DNA of 64,000 nucleotides from Diadema antillarum (Eukaryota), in contig NW_027271848.1 of NCBI RefSeq assembly GCF_040938485.1, positions 310,001-374,000 on the forward strand, written 5' to 3'. Position numbers and translations under genes: made by a program. Numbering within the stretch: position 1 is the first letter of the stretch; every line of letters begins with the position of its first letter. Positions 40,001 through 53,400 of the stretch are shown piece by piece. Below the pieces are notes generated by a model. That model saw only the letters and a list, made by a program, of their open reading frames with translations, was not told the origin of the DNA and made no database searches.

Positions 40001-43000
40001 CTCATTTAGTGACCAGCAGCTGAGAAGTTAGGGATGTTAAAAGAAGATTACTACCGATGGAAACAAACAAAACCCATAAAGAAAAGATGAAACGCGAGAA
40101 AGCAATGCTGATATGAGTATTTGAATTCAAATATGTGTGAATATAATATACATATATGGTGGTTAAGATGCACTTTCCTTCAACATTATCAGAACTGGAA
40201 TCGGATTCATCAAGTTTGAAGTGTACGGACACTGGAGACTCTAGATGGAGAAAAACATGTGGATAAAATCAGCACAAGACAACACAAAAATACAACTATT
40301 GATACAAAATGCTTGATATCAAATTTTTAAAACTTTTCTGGGGGTTCCTTTCTAGTTGTTTTGGGGTTTGGGGCTACATGCTGAATTCCACTTCCCTAAG
40401 CAGTGATTCACACTGCCCAAAACTTTCTTTCTGTAATGAAAATGTAGGATTTTAGTACAATCCTTAAATCCATATCTATGATTAAGGATCTTATTTATGC
40501 AAATTTTTGCAGTGGTTTCCTAAATCCATGAATGTGTTTATATAGAAAATGCACTGTGTGATATTGGCTTTTGTCTTCCTTGGTAGCAGACAGACAAACA
40601 AATACATACTTTTATGCTTGTATTGTTAACTTAATGACTCTGGGCTGCTACATGTATTTTCAGTCAATAAACCATGCCAATTACATTTGAATCTAAATTC
40701 AATTCAACACTCCTCCATTCTGTATGAAGTCAATATTACATACCTACAGAAAATCTTACAAAAAACCTAATGGCATATCTATATAATACAAACACTCATA
40801 TTTATATGTGTACCCAAATCACAAGATATATCCCCCCCCCCTTTTTTTCTAACAGCTTGAGGGGTTCAATATTTTATGTCAGCCATTGTAATGAAATGAC
40901 ACAGTTTCAAAAACCGGATATTGTCAGAACAACGCAGACAGAACTAATGACTTTGGTTTCATTTTCTATCAACCAACTGTCTTCCTCCAGAGCCCGGTGG
41001 TATTGCTGATCACAGGCAATTAAACCCGTCAAGCAGCTGCCACTTTCGCACCGGGCGCACACCGTGCCGGCGTCACGTAATCTACCCTGCCATGCACACA
41101 CCACAGAAACCGACCCACTTGACGCGCATAGATGCAAGAGTGTTCATATTTCCATCATTCGAGGATCAAAAAAAAAAAATCCATAACTGATGTTTCACGG
41201 TTGTGCAGAATGCTAAACAAGAGCCAATCATCTGTGAAGTGTTCTAGAAACTTTTAAAGCAGGAGAATGTTCTGCATTCTGTGAAGCATAACCTACATTT
41301 AGAAGCCTTTAGGGTCATCTTGGGCACTAACAGATATTTTCCTCTGCTTACAAAATGAAAGTGATCAGATGCTTTTCAATTTACGTGAATATTATATGCC
41401 AGTTTGGAGATAGTGTATGTGCACATTGGTACAATTGACCTAGAGTTCTTTTTTTCTCAGTTGGTTAGGCACTTTATTTGTTTTAAATAAACATGACAAT
41501 GAGTAAGTGTGCCTGACATAAGAATTTTTGAAATTCATCAAGCATATTCAAACAAAGAATGATTTTGCGTAGACCAGGTAACCAGAATGGTCCCTCAATG
41601 AACATTTAATGGGCAAGCTCCATTTTGTTGCTTTGTATTGACTGCATCAATTTCAACAAACTTCTTCTATTTCTTTATATCAAAATTGTCAAACTGTGAT
41701 TTTAAACTATATTGTAAAGGAAATCTCCATTTCCAAGCCCTAGGCTTTTGCGTGATTTCCTCTTTTGACTCACACATCTCTGTAAATATTTTGAATGTGA
41801 TTTGATGAAATGAATAAATTGAATTGAAATTGAAATTGAAATACCAGGCTTGCTGTCAGATGGATGTGCTGACAGGCACTACCCCTCAATATTACATATC
41901 AGTGAATTTAGAATCCTATTACTTTAAACAATGGATCAAGACATAAAAAATGATAAGCACCTGAAAACACAATCCTAAATCATAAATACATGTTCTAGCT
42001 CAAGGCACATACATTCATTATTTTAGACATTTGAAAACATAATCTTACTACACAAACACTGGCTTGAGAGATACATGTACCGGTACACCAATCACACACA
42101 CAAATCAACACAATCCTCTATTCATAAAATCCAGAGCAGTGACAATCTACACTCCACATTCCATGACAGTCCTACCCTTTATCTGTCACTTGGTCCCCCT
42201 GCCCCCTGCCCCCCCTCCCCACCCCCGCCCCCTTCCAGAATACTGACACTACAGGCCTACTTTATTGCACACTGCATTACGGCGCTCACATGGCCAGCCA
42301 CTATAATGAAATCAGCTGCACTGCAAAGCAAAAATTACTCATAAAGTCAAAGTAATAAAATTATTCCCCATCATGCCAGGCCTCATTACCTTCAGGAGGC
42401 AGCACCTATCTCCTCCCCCCCCCCCCCCCATCCCTCTCACCTTCCCCCCCCCCCATCCCCTCCTCCCCCATCTTTACCCACTCTCTTCCCTTGAGCGTAA
42501 CATACCGTATGTCTAAAAGAAAAAATACAATGGGATCCTCCACAATGATAACTTAAAAATTAGTGAATCAATCAAGATGCAATTTCAGGATATAATGACA
42601 CTATAACTTATTACCCACATCTTGCAGAAAACCCCATCTGATTTGCTTCAGTGGTCAAAGAGAAATGAGGATTTTTGTTATAAGCATGTCAGGAATCCCT
42701 TCCCTCCAAGTTCTGTCCAATGTGTTGACACATTAATAACATGCAGTTCCAAGTGCATCTAAGCGCTAAACTTGGAAGAATCAGACCCATGGCTTGCTTT
42801 ACAAGAATCCACATTTCTCTGTGACCACTTTCCCAAACTGAATGGGGTTTTCTGCAAACTATAGCTAAGATGTTATATTTCAAGACTCTGAAATAGCATT
42901 CAGACAGTTTAATCATAATGGAAGTTATCAATGCGAAAATCCAATTGTAATTTTGGTTGGGACATTCTGTACAGAGATGCCAAGTTTCTCTACTGGCTGG

Positions 43001-46000
43001 GAGTAAGAAACTGCGATTTTGTGAAGCAACTGAAGGAGACGAGGGTATTGTGCATTCCCAATCAACTCTTTATGTGCCACGTTCGTACGTCCGACTCAGT
43101 TGATAGCATGCCAAGTTCACATATTTTACTCAAACGCAAAAACCCGCTAAAACTGATCGATAAATCGCCAAATGCCACAGTGCGATGAATGGTTCACTCG
43201 CAATCCCGTTCTTGTCATATGTACGTCTTGCAATGTGTGGCAATTGAATGTTCAGGGGTGTTTTCAATTCTCCCTATCGCATATAGCTCTCCGAATCTGA
43301 ACGCATATGGCGCTCTAATTTTTTTTAGCTTTAATTATTGGGATATAAACTTCCGGTTATGAACGCGCGATGTGTAACTGTACGCTTCTATGCACATTGA
43401 ATGCTGAAGTACTAGTATTCACAGTTCATATTTAATTCTGTCTTATAATCTGTCGAATAATAGAGTTATTTTCTAATCTGTAACATTACATTTCATGAAT
43501 GGGATTCTTCTGCAAAGCGGCCCAATGCTGGGCCATTGATGCAAAACAACAAAATTATGGAAAATATCTATAGATGAAGGACATGACGTGGGTAAACCGC
43601 AAAACCGGGGGTGTACATTCCAAGAGCGATCGATCAGATATCGGTATCGCAAGGTGATATCGCTTGATATCGGCTATACAGTAGATATGTGATGAGGAGA
43701 ATTAAATTCTGATCATACATACAAGTATTTTCCATGCTTGTATGAATACTGTAAAACCAACAATTTTCACATGCTTGAAACTTTCACCAATTTCGTGAGG
43801 AGCCAAGATTCACAATTTAAGTACAATGCATGAAAGAGTGTTTTTTTTTTCTACACAATGCATTGAATGCTAGTGGCAATTTGTGACAAACTCTCATGCT
43901 GCAAATATGTCTGGTCTTACAGCAGCTTTTATAAAACACGCATACACACTAACATAATTTGGCACAAAATGCAGTTTCACATTTTCAAGTACTAAAGAAA
44001 ATCTAAAGATAACAAATATATGTTATCAAAATGGAAGATGGGCTGAATTTCTTGACATTAGGCAAGCTAACAAGATAAATGCCGCGATCTTACTGATTTT
44101 ATGGATTATATAAATCTAACCTGTTCCCATCTAATATTTCTTCCATAGATGACTTGCTGTGAGAGGCAGAGTTGCCAATTTGATAAGAAAAGAAATCAAT
44201 ATACGTTCCCTAGTAAAACTCCCCCTAGAACTGATGGGTCAAAGCTATAGTTTTACTCCCACCAACCAACATCCATGCAGAGCACCCATCACAGATTAAC
44301 CTTGAGTCCAAAACCATGAGTATGATAATTATCATTACCATTGGGGAATATTTCACAACGCGATAGATGGGTTTATGGAGAGCAGAGTAATGTTGATATA
44401 TGATGCAATAAATGTAATAGATATGGATAATGTCAATGAATGCATGAAATGAATTCAAATTGAATATCACCAATAGGTATGTCGTAAAACCAGAAATTTT
44501 CTCTGCATGAAATTTTTGCAAATTTCACAAGCAGTGAAGGTTCGCCAAATCAAAACTGCTGCAAAACTTCTTGTCTACACTGTGCAATATGCCAGTGGCA
44601 ATTCCCCAAAATTTCATGCTGTATATATTTCTGGTTTTACAATATACAAGTACCTATTGTATGTTCTACACTTATTTTACATGCAAGCATGTACTTAAAA
44701 CCACACCCCCGAAGTTGACTGAAATGTACGTATAGACCTTTGGCAAATTAGGATTTTTATGTTGTTGTGGAATAGTCTCAGGACATAATTCATTGGTGAA
44801 ATGTTTTGTCACCTGTACACTCAAATACTCTTCATAATGCCCATTGGCACAGACTATCCACAACGGCAAGGAATCACTGTCTTTATACCCCTACAGAATA
44901 AAGATTAAGATTATTTCTCTCATATCATTTAACTTAAATATAAAATTAGAAAGGCATTAAAATCGGTTTGAAATGAAACACAACACATATAATTATGGCA
45001 AGTAGCAACCACAACCAGTTCAATCCTTTAAGATGCATTTATCACTCATTTATGTGACTGCATTATCCTTTCCAGCACTTGTTAAAAATATTTTGTTAAC
45101 ATGACACTTCAATTTTAAGAAGCCGTATTTTTTTCCAAGGTCACTTTTTATCACAATACAGTTGAACCTCTCGTATCCGGACAAGTCGGGACCGGGGCTC
45201 ATCCGGATAAGGGATTTGGCCGGATACGGGAGACTCAATGCTTTATACATGTACATATACATACACATGTACTGATGTAGCCCATTGTAGTACCACATGT
45301 AGTAATGTGTATACTGCAACCTTTTCATTGTTACATTTGGGGATGTTTCGGGATGTTGAAATGTCTGAAGGTAAGCAATTTGGAAGGAAATTTGATGCAA
45401 TGTATGTTAATCATATTGGAAGTAATATGTAATTCATGTGTGTTTGGGTAGGAGTTCTCAAGGAATTGGGAATCCCCCTTTCTTCCCGTAATTATTTTAA
45501 AAAAATCACGGCGAGATTGCGTCCGGATAATAGAGAGATCCGGATAAAGGGAGGCCGGATAATAGAGGTTCAACTGTAACTAAATTTTCTTAAAATCTGT
45601 TTCTAAAGCTTTGTACCTAAAACACAGGACTGATACTGTGAATGGTACATCCACATATATTTTGAAACCTGCTTTGACCTGTAATAAAGTGGATCAGTTT
45701 ATACATATCATATCTCAAGCATGCTCTCTACTCAAATGTTGCCATGGCAACCCCAAAGATTGCCTGAGGCTTTCCCATGTCTTGCCTGACTTAGCAACAC
45801 AAGAAAATAATGATAACTGCTACCATTTCAATAGCAAGGTTTTTGTTTTGTTTTTTTCTAATCAGGTTTCTAGAGTTTTACGCTAGTCCATGGCTTCACA
45901 GCTCACCTTTTGCATCAAAGAATTCTTCGTCTGAGCTGTCGGAGTCCTGCTGTATGCTGTCCATGTGCCAGTGGGCTAGCATGTGAGTATTGGACTCCCT

Positions 46001-47428
46001 TGAACCTACGGTGGCATCAGAAAGCAGAAAACACTTGAGATCAGGGTATGAAGGTGGCACGCTTAAAAAGTTGGTAAGATACTTCTATAATCTTTATACT
46101 TCGGTTATTTTTCACATAATCATTGTCTTTAATTTGCATCTATTACATTGGTCACTGCCCAGAATAAACATACAGCTGTACGGTTTACACAGTTACACAC
46201 AGTAATCATACTACAGGCAGAATGAATTATCACTACACACCACACAATAATCATCCAACAGATCACATACTACTTTTGGACAATATGAAAAACACGAGTG
46301 TATGTGTTTGATAAACTGAACACAATTCTCCATAGTTTGTCAGGAATCTCACTTCCAGAAGAAGTCTTTAACTCTTTCTGTGTCAACAAGCCAAATGTGC
46401 AAAAATATCACACACAATTCTATAGGCAGGAAAATAATGGGGCAAGCAGAGTGTTAATGATGTTGCATCTCAACTCATTCACGCTTACAGCTGTTTACCA
46501 CTATGTTCAATAAATACCAAGCCAATACACCAGCTTAACAAAGAATACCTGATCATCATTTTTAAAAGACGAAGTACCTACATATGATTTTAAGAGACAG
46601 AGGACTACAAGTTTTCAATGACTATATGACCCTATTGAATTTCAACATTGAAGAAAGAAAAATTCAACTTTGGAATATCTAAAACAAAGAATGCACCATG
46701 TATATCAAGATTCCACTGAAATTTCAAGTTTTTCTAGTTTATATTCACATATTACGGCATCGTATGATAATAGACTTTTACGAGGGCATTATTTGTGAAT
46801 ATTTCACATTTCAATCAGGCAAATATTTGCGTAATTCCCTCCCTGTAGAAATATATAACACAAGAACATATGTTAAGATGGATAGATTATGTCTTAATCT
46901 TACTGCTAGCGTGCCAACGCACACACCCTAGTGTTTGGCCAAGAGATTTACAAGCTTTTAGTAACTATGGTACGTGTGCGACATTGTTGTATGACTCAAG
47001 CTCCTGTGCAAATATTTAGTGGCTTGCTCCATAGACTACAGGAGATGTTGCTTTTAGATGTCTTTGTCGAATCTTTCTTGTATAATGGCAATTGCCTCAA
47101 AATATAGATGGTTTTATCAATATCAACCCTGTACTATTGTTCGTATTTTATTGTTTGCAAAAAGTGCTGTAAATGGGCAACATTTCTATCATACAAAACC
47201 ATGAGAATGAAAAATAGTGTTTATTTTTCTAAAAATTCTTGTAATTCTTCCCTGTATAGTATCTGGAAGCTCAAAATAGTTATTGCTTTTAATATATGCA
47301 CACACATACACACAAACACAACTTTACACAGCACAACGTTAGATATGATACACGTTGGACAACGCCCATCTATCTTTGCAGTATATTCACAGAAGGTTTA
47401 ATTTAGCAATGATAGTCTATGTAAGTCT

Positions 47429-47474
<46 letters not shown>

Positions 47475-50400
47475 CTGTGTGTGTGTGTGTGGGGGGGGTA
47501 AGAGACAATCAGGGACACTGTCAGTGCTAGTGGGAGACAAAATAGAGAGAGAGAGAGAAAAGGGAAAGGTAAAAGAAATCCATCAGGTGAATGTCACGTT
47601 GCCATGACAATTACAAAGCCAGTGACGTCAAGCACAATTATCCCTGGGCGACAAGAGAGATAGAGAGAGAGAGATAGAGGGAGAGATGGAGAGAGAGGGA
47701 GAGATGGAAGAAAATGGCAAAGCAGGACAGAGTGGGGACACACAGTACATAATTTACACACAGACACACACATACAACACACTGGCAGAGCTATAATATA
47801 CCGTTACAAGAGAATGCGCTAGGAGAAGCACAGTTCGCGCTATGGCTGGTCATCCAGGTTGAGCGAGAAAAGGATATTACGGTTCGAGTCTTTCCTGTTT
47901 TTTCACACAAGAACTCACAATCAGGGCGAAAAATGGGGCATGTGGAAATCAGCTTGCTTTTTCATGCCAGCTGAACAGTGGTTGCAAGTCCCAGTCATCC
48001 AGAATGAACGACATCTAGGAAAAAATATTCCTGCAGACTCTTCTGGTCTTTCACTGTACAGAGAGAATACGGACTGATGCAGACTACTTTTCCATACTCA
48101 AAGAAAGCATTCCATTCATTGTTTTCACCTGGGACATAAACATCACAATTTGTTTTTCTTTTTGTTTGTTTTTTTTCTTGTTCTCTTGACAGAAGGGATA
48201 ATTCATAAAGTACCTTGGCATTAGTTTGTTTTGACAGGAGGTATAGCCCGGACGGATTGTATCAAGTTATAAGCAAACATGTTTATGGAAATATAAGAGA
48301 GTAGTACCTGAGAATGGAAGAGATCCTGAAAAGTCTGCACTACACATAGAAAATAGACACAAATAAAGCAAGCCCAGATACACAATGCATCCACAAACAA
48401 GCAAATAACAAACAAACATGTTGTCAAAGACCTTCAAACATGAACCAACTCGGTGTGTATGGCTTTATAATAGATTCTCTGGCAATTATGAAAAAGCCAG
48501 ACATGACCATATAGCAAACATTACACTAGAAGACAAAATATACCCTGCCCACTCATAGCTACCTTACTGCATTAATACAGTACCCTATACCTCTGTCATC
48601 ACACCCTTGAAATATTTTTTCAAATGCAAAGCTCACATTAAAACACATGCAAAGATTATGTACATGAACACAGTCCATGGGATTATACTGAAATTTGAAT
48701 GTATGACACAAAACACCTGTTTTTTCATTGAGAAGAAGACGAAGGGTTAACACTGACCCCTAGTTGTGCTAATCTAGCAAATTGTTGGACCCACAAAGCA
48801 ACAGTTTTGAACTCCTTTTTACATTGGCAACACTTTCAGGCTTTTTTGATAATACCAAAACCATTATACAACTTGTACACTGAAGTATCATTTAAGTATG
48901 AGACTTACGTCTGCTAGATTACATGATAAAGGTCATGTTACAATGGAGTTAGCTTCGAGAATAAATGGCTTTCTACCTTCAGCATGAAAAACAACTTAGA
49001 CAAACATATGTTGCTGCTTTTCCACTAATTCATGCTTTTTCAATTTCATGCTTTTTTTTTGGGGGGGGGGGGGGGCTAAAGGTGAGTGACATTATCAAAG
49101 GAAGTTAAGGTGTACATCTTTTAGCCTTTTTTTATTGTTGTTCCTCATATTACTATTATTGATAAGCATTTGTGTTCAAATGGAAGAGAGACCCCTCTTC
49201 TGTGATTGATGGATTACCTTCTCACTGTGACAGTTTTGGAACAAAATACCTGACCTACCCCCCCCCCCCCCCCCCATCCACTAATCTTTGTCTTCAAGTT
49301 TAATTTTTGGGGGCTTAAAATGTAAATTTTAAGGAGTATACAAAGAAGAAAGACTTTAAACAGACTAGTTGATCACCTGGTTCTGTTAATCGAACGATCG
49401 CATTATTAATAATTATTTTCCAAATACATCTTGAACGACAGTGATATGCAATGCGCGCACACAATCACCGATCGACATGAAATCTTGATACAATTTGTAA
49501 AAACTTATGCGTATAGTTAGAACGTGCACCCTTCAGTACTGGGGCTTACGGAGCAGAACTTAAACATACGGAGCACAAGTGCCAACGGAGATATGATCTT
49601 ACTTATCGAAATATGCATACCTTCAGGGGCTATCACAGGTGAATTATGGCTGTCTTTTTGTGTGTTTTAGTTGTCCACAAATTTGATTTCCAGGGTATTT
49701 CACACTTTCAGTCTATCCCTCTCTTTCTCTAGCCCTTCAGCTTTCTATCAATCTCTCCATATTACTCTCCTGTAAGAATATATCATAATTGTCGAATTCA
49801 GGAAAAACATGCCTTTTTATGTAATATGTAACACTCTATGGTTATCTTATTTTTTCCCATTTCTTTAGTGTTTTTGAAAAATAAATTGCACATTTATAGA
49901 TATTTATAGCAAAGTCTCCTCAGGCTTCAGAAAATAGTCTCCATTCCAAGGTGGCCATTAAAGATGAAAAATAAAATAATACACACAAAATATGGGAGAC
50001 TGAAGCCACATAAAAGGCTGAAAGTAAGGCCAACAAGTCTACGTCAACAGGAACTACATAATACAGGACTTTGAAAGTTGAGTTTTGCATTTATAAGTCA
50101 AAGTTGCATAAGTTGGACTCAGCCTAAAGACACATCATTTTTTTTTTGACCAAACTGTGCAAGGCATGTATCATTTACACTTCTCAAGTTGAATTTGCAG
50201 AAGTTGAACTATCTTTTCATTTCCTTATTATTTTTATTATTTTGTGGTTACTCACCCAATTTATGCAGATTTTACCTGTATTTTTGGCACATAATTTTGC
50301 ATCACTCCATGTGGCGATATTTCTACGTCTACATTAAACCTACTACCTTTGCAGTCATTTTCAGAGGCATTTTCTTTAAATACGCAATACAAACATATCA

Positions 50401-53400
50401 CCATGGTCTGGACGTTCTCCCTTCGTATCATCTACAATAGCACTACCTCTGTGCATTGTTCATGAGGTAGCTTAATAGCAGTAAGAGCTATTTCCCCCAA
50501 AGTCCATGGTATCCAAAAGTTATACTAACAATAGTAGTTTAGCTTCTAATGAAGAATTCCTGCATCTCTGTACCATGATTAGGACAGTTGCAGTACTGGC
50601 ACAATATGGTAATCTTCACTAAAGGTGACCAAGTACTTGGAGAATTGGTGGGTTAAACAGTTAGCCTCATACCATATACCGGTAGAAATAAAATCAACAA
50701 TTCAAGCATTAATCATTGTTGTTGATGATGTTGTTTTTATCAAAGCTGTCATTACCAATTATATATGTTTTTTTCTATCTCATATTCTTATCTCATACTA
50801 TTATTTATGAGAAATTTATCGCAGTGTATTAGATTATAATATCATTAGAACTTGGATATCAGAATTATTAGAATTCTTAGAATATCAGTAATTAGCCAAT
50901 AATAGCACCAATTTTCAGCCTTGTCTATACATTATGCAGATCCTGCTCTGAGTCTGAATACCAGGCAAACAACAGACTGGGCTTCCAATGAGAAAACAGT
51001 CACTGGGCATTACTCTAATGGCTGCTTCACATCAACTGATTTAATTTTGATGGGCAAAGTGGCAATGGGAAATAACAAAGAGCCATGAGATGCTGGTCGT
51101 TGGCTCCGTACGCAAATTACCGCCGCCGATACCGAGTGCACGTTGCGACTTTACAAAGTACAAGTGCCCGACTGCAACGTGTAGTGGAAGGTTTTGACAT
51201 GAGAATTCTAGAGGCCCAATGAGTCTAAATGATTGAGTTATGGTCAGATCATAATATCAAAATACACCAAGGATGGGGGGGGGGGGGGGGTGAGGGGCTC
51301 TTAGTAACTTCTACGATATTCCTTATGCCATGTCATATGATTTGAAAAAAAGAACACTCCTCAAAAGTCGCACGTAATATAAACTTCTTTGTGTTACAGC
51401 AGTTTGGGTGGAAAATCTGATTAAAGCTATTCTGACATAAAGTAATTTCTACTGCTGGAATTTGGTCAAAATTGACTTTACTGTGCATGAGGTATGCTTA
51501 ACATTTTAATAGCAGAAAAAAAAAAGTCACAAATTTGATTTCAATGATGAATACTGCAAAGAAATTCATGGTCAGAACAACATATGATGAAATAACAAAA
51601 ATATTAAACATTATAGTCATTGAAGAGGTTTCCATTCAAAAAACATGTTTACCACAGGAGCTCTCATTTGCAAAGTATTTTGGGATTCCAAATCTATCAA
51701 CTGAAAAAAAAAATCATTCCCTTCAACAATGTTACCTCTCTACGTCAACATGAAGTAAACACAGTCTCACCATAACCATGACATACAAAGACAGACACTT
51801 TCTACATCATGACATGTGAAATTGTATGATGCTTTGACTCTGTAAAGAACGCCATCATGCAAAGCATTGTTGTCCTCTGTTGCCTATTAAAGCTAAAACA
51901 CAGTTCTCAGAATGACTTTTATATTCAACCACTTGGAATAGAGCAAAACTATGCAATTTCTGGAGGCATTTAGAAATGAAGTTTTACCTTTAAGGGTGAA
52001 TTAGGGTCTCAAGATTGATACATGGAACTGCAGCACTAATTACAGTTTGCTTAACTAGTTACAATACTAAACTTGGAGTAGGGTTTTTAAAATGCTGTTT
52101 TTGTTGCTTTTGGAGTACCAATGACACTATAACGCGGCACTGCATGAAAAGTATGAGGTTGGTAAATACATTGTGCCTCTGATGAAGATTCTGCTAGGAT
52201 AGAAAGCTCAGGCCCTTTTGGCCCCATATTACTCCACTGGCTTGCCACTATTGGATAAGCAGTTCTCAGCAGATTTTTTTTCTTTTTTTTTTTTGGCTAC
52301 ACTTGTATACAAGTAAACAATGTCCTAGGAAGAAAAAGAAAATGCCATAAACTTGTGACCTTTGACCTCACCTCTGCTTTCAGACGACAGCCGACTAGAT
52401 AACCTCCTCTTTGCCTTGGCTGCTGCGCTCTTTGCCGAGCCTTCCGTCAGCTTGGGTGAGAACACCGCCTCCTCCAGGCCAAAGTCGCTACCCACAGAGT
52501 CCAGCCTCCCGTCATCAAGGCGACTCTCTGACTCTGACTCCGAGGCGGTGGTCGCCGAGCCGTTGCTGTGCTCGAAGCGCTTCCTCGACGCCATGCTGTC
52601 GATTCTGGCAGAGTGGGAGGGAAAGATTTACAACAAAAACTGTTTTAACACGATGAAATGCCACACATGGGTACTACGAGGATCCTGAGAAGGCAAAAAC
52701 GTATTAGGGTTTCCCCAGACTACTTATATCATTAGAATATTTGAGAGTGAAATACATTTTAGCAAACAAAAGGAAACCAAAACCCAAGTAATATATGTGG
52801 TTTGAGTAAAATTAGCAACATTAATGGAACACATCAGTGAATGTTTGAGGAAAATTGGACAATCGATGCAAAAGTTATGAATTTTTAAAGTTTTGGTGAT
52901 GGAACCGCTGGATGAGGAGACTACTGGAGGCTATGATGTCATGTGTGGACAACAATATAAAGAAAATATAACGGGAATTCCACAAAAATTCCCTTTTCTA
53001 GCATAATGAAAGAGCACTTGACTTACTGCTTTCAGAAAGCAGGGGGGAATAATTGCTACCCTTAACATATATGTCAGTATCACGTTGATGGAATGTGTAA
53101 TTTTCATAAAACATGAATTTTGAAAATAAAATTTTTTAGGGGGTTTTGGTTTCCTTCAAGAAAGGCTAAACAATGTTTACATCCTGCAAATAAATGAGGT
53201 AGGGGCAGTCAAATACATCTTAAAGATGACAATACTCTGGACTTGCAATTTAAGCACAATGCCAGCAGTAGGTCAAAAGTAGTCATATAATGTGGTGTCT
53301 TGCTACATAGAATCATCATCACAATATCCCAACATCAGTGGCACTAGAATCATTTAGAAGCATGGCACTCAGATGCGAAATTGTGTCTGAAGTATTTACT

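Noticed and set aside
43689-43712. Box C (GTGATGA) and box D (CTGA) pair
   Set aside because: Only 13 nt separate them and they are antisense to the host gene, so this is not a plausible snoRNA
49330-49962. Possible TTAA-bounded element with a CpG-rich left part
   Set aside because: I could not match terminal inverted repeats, so it is left unannotated
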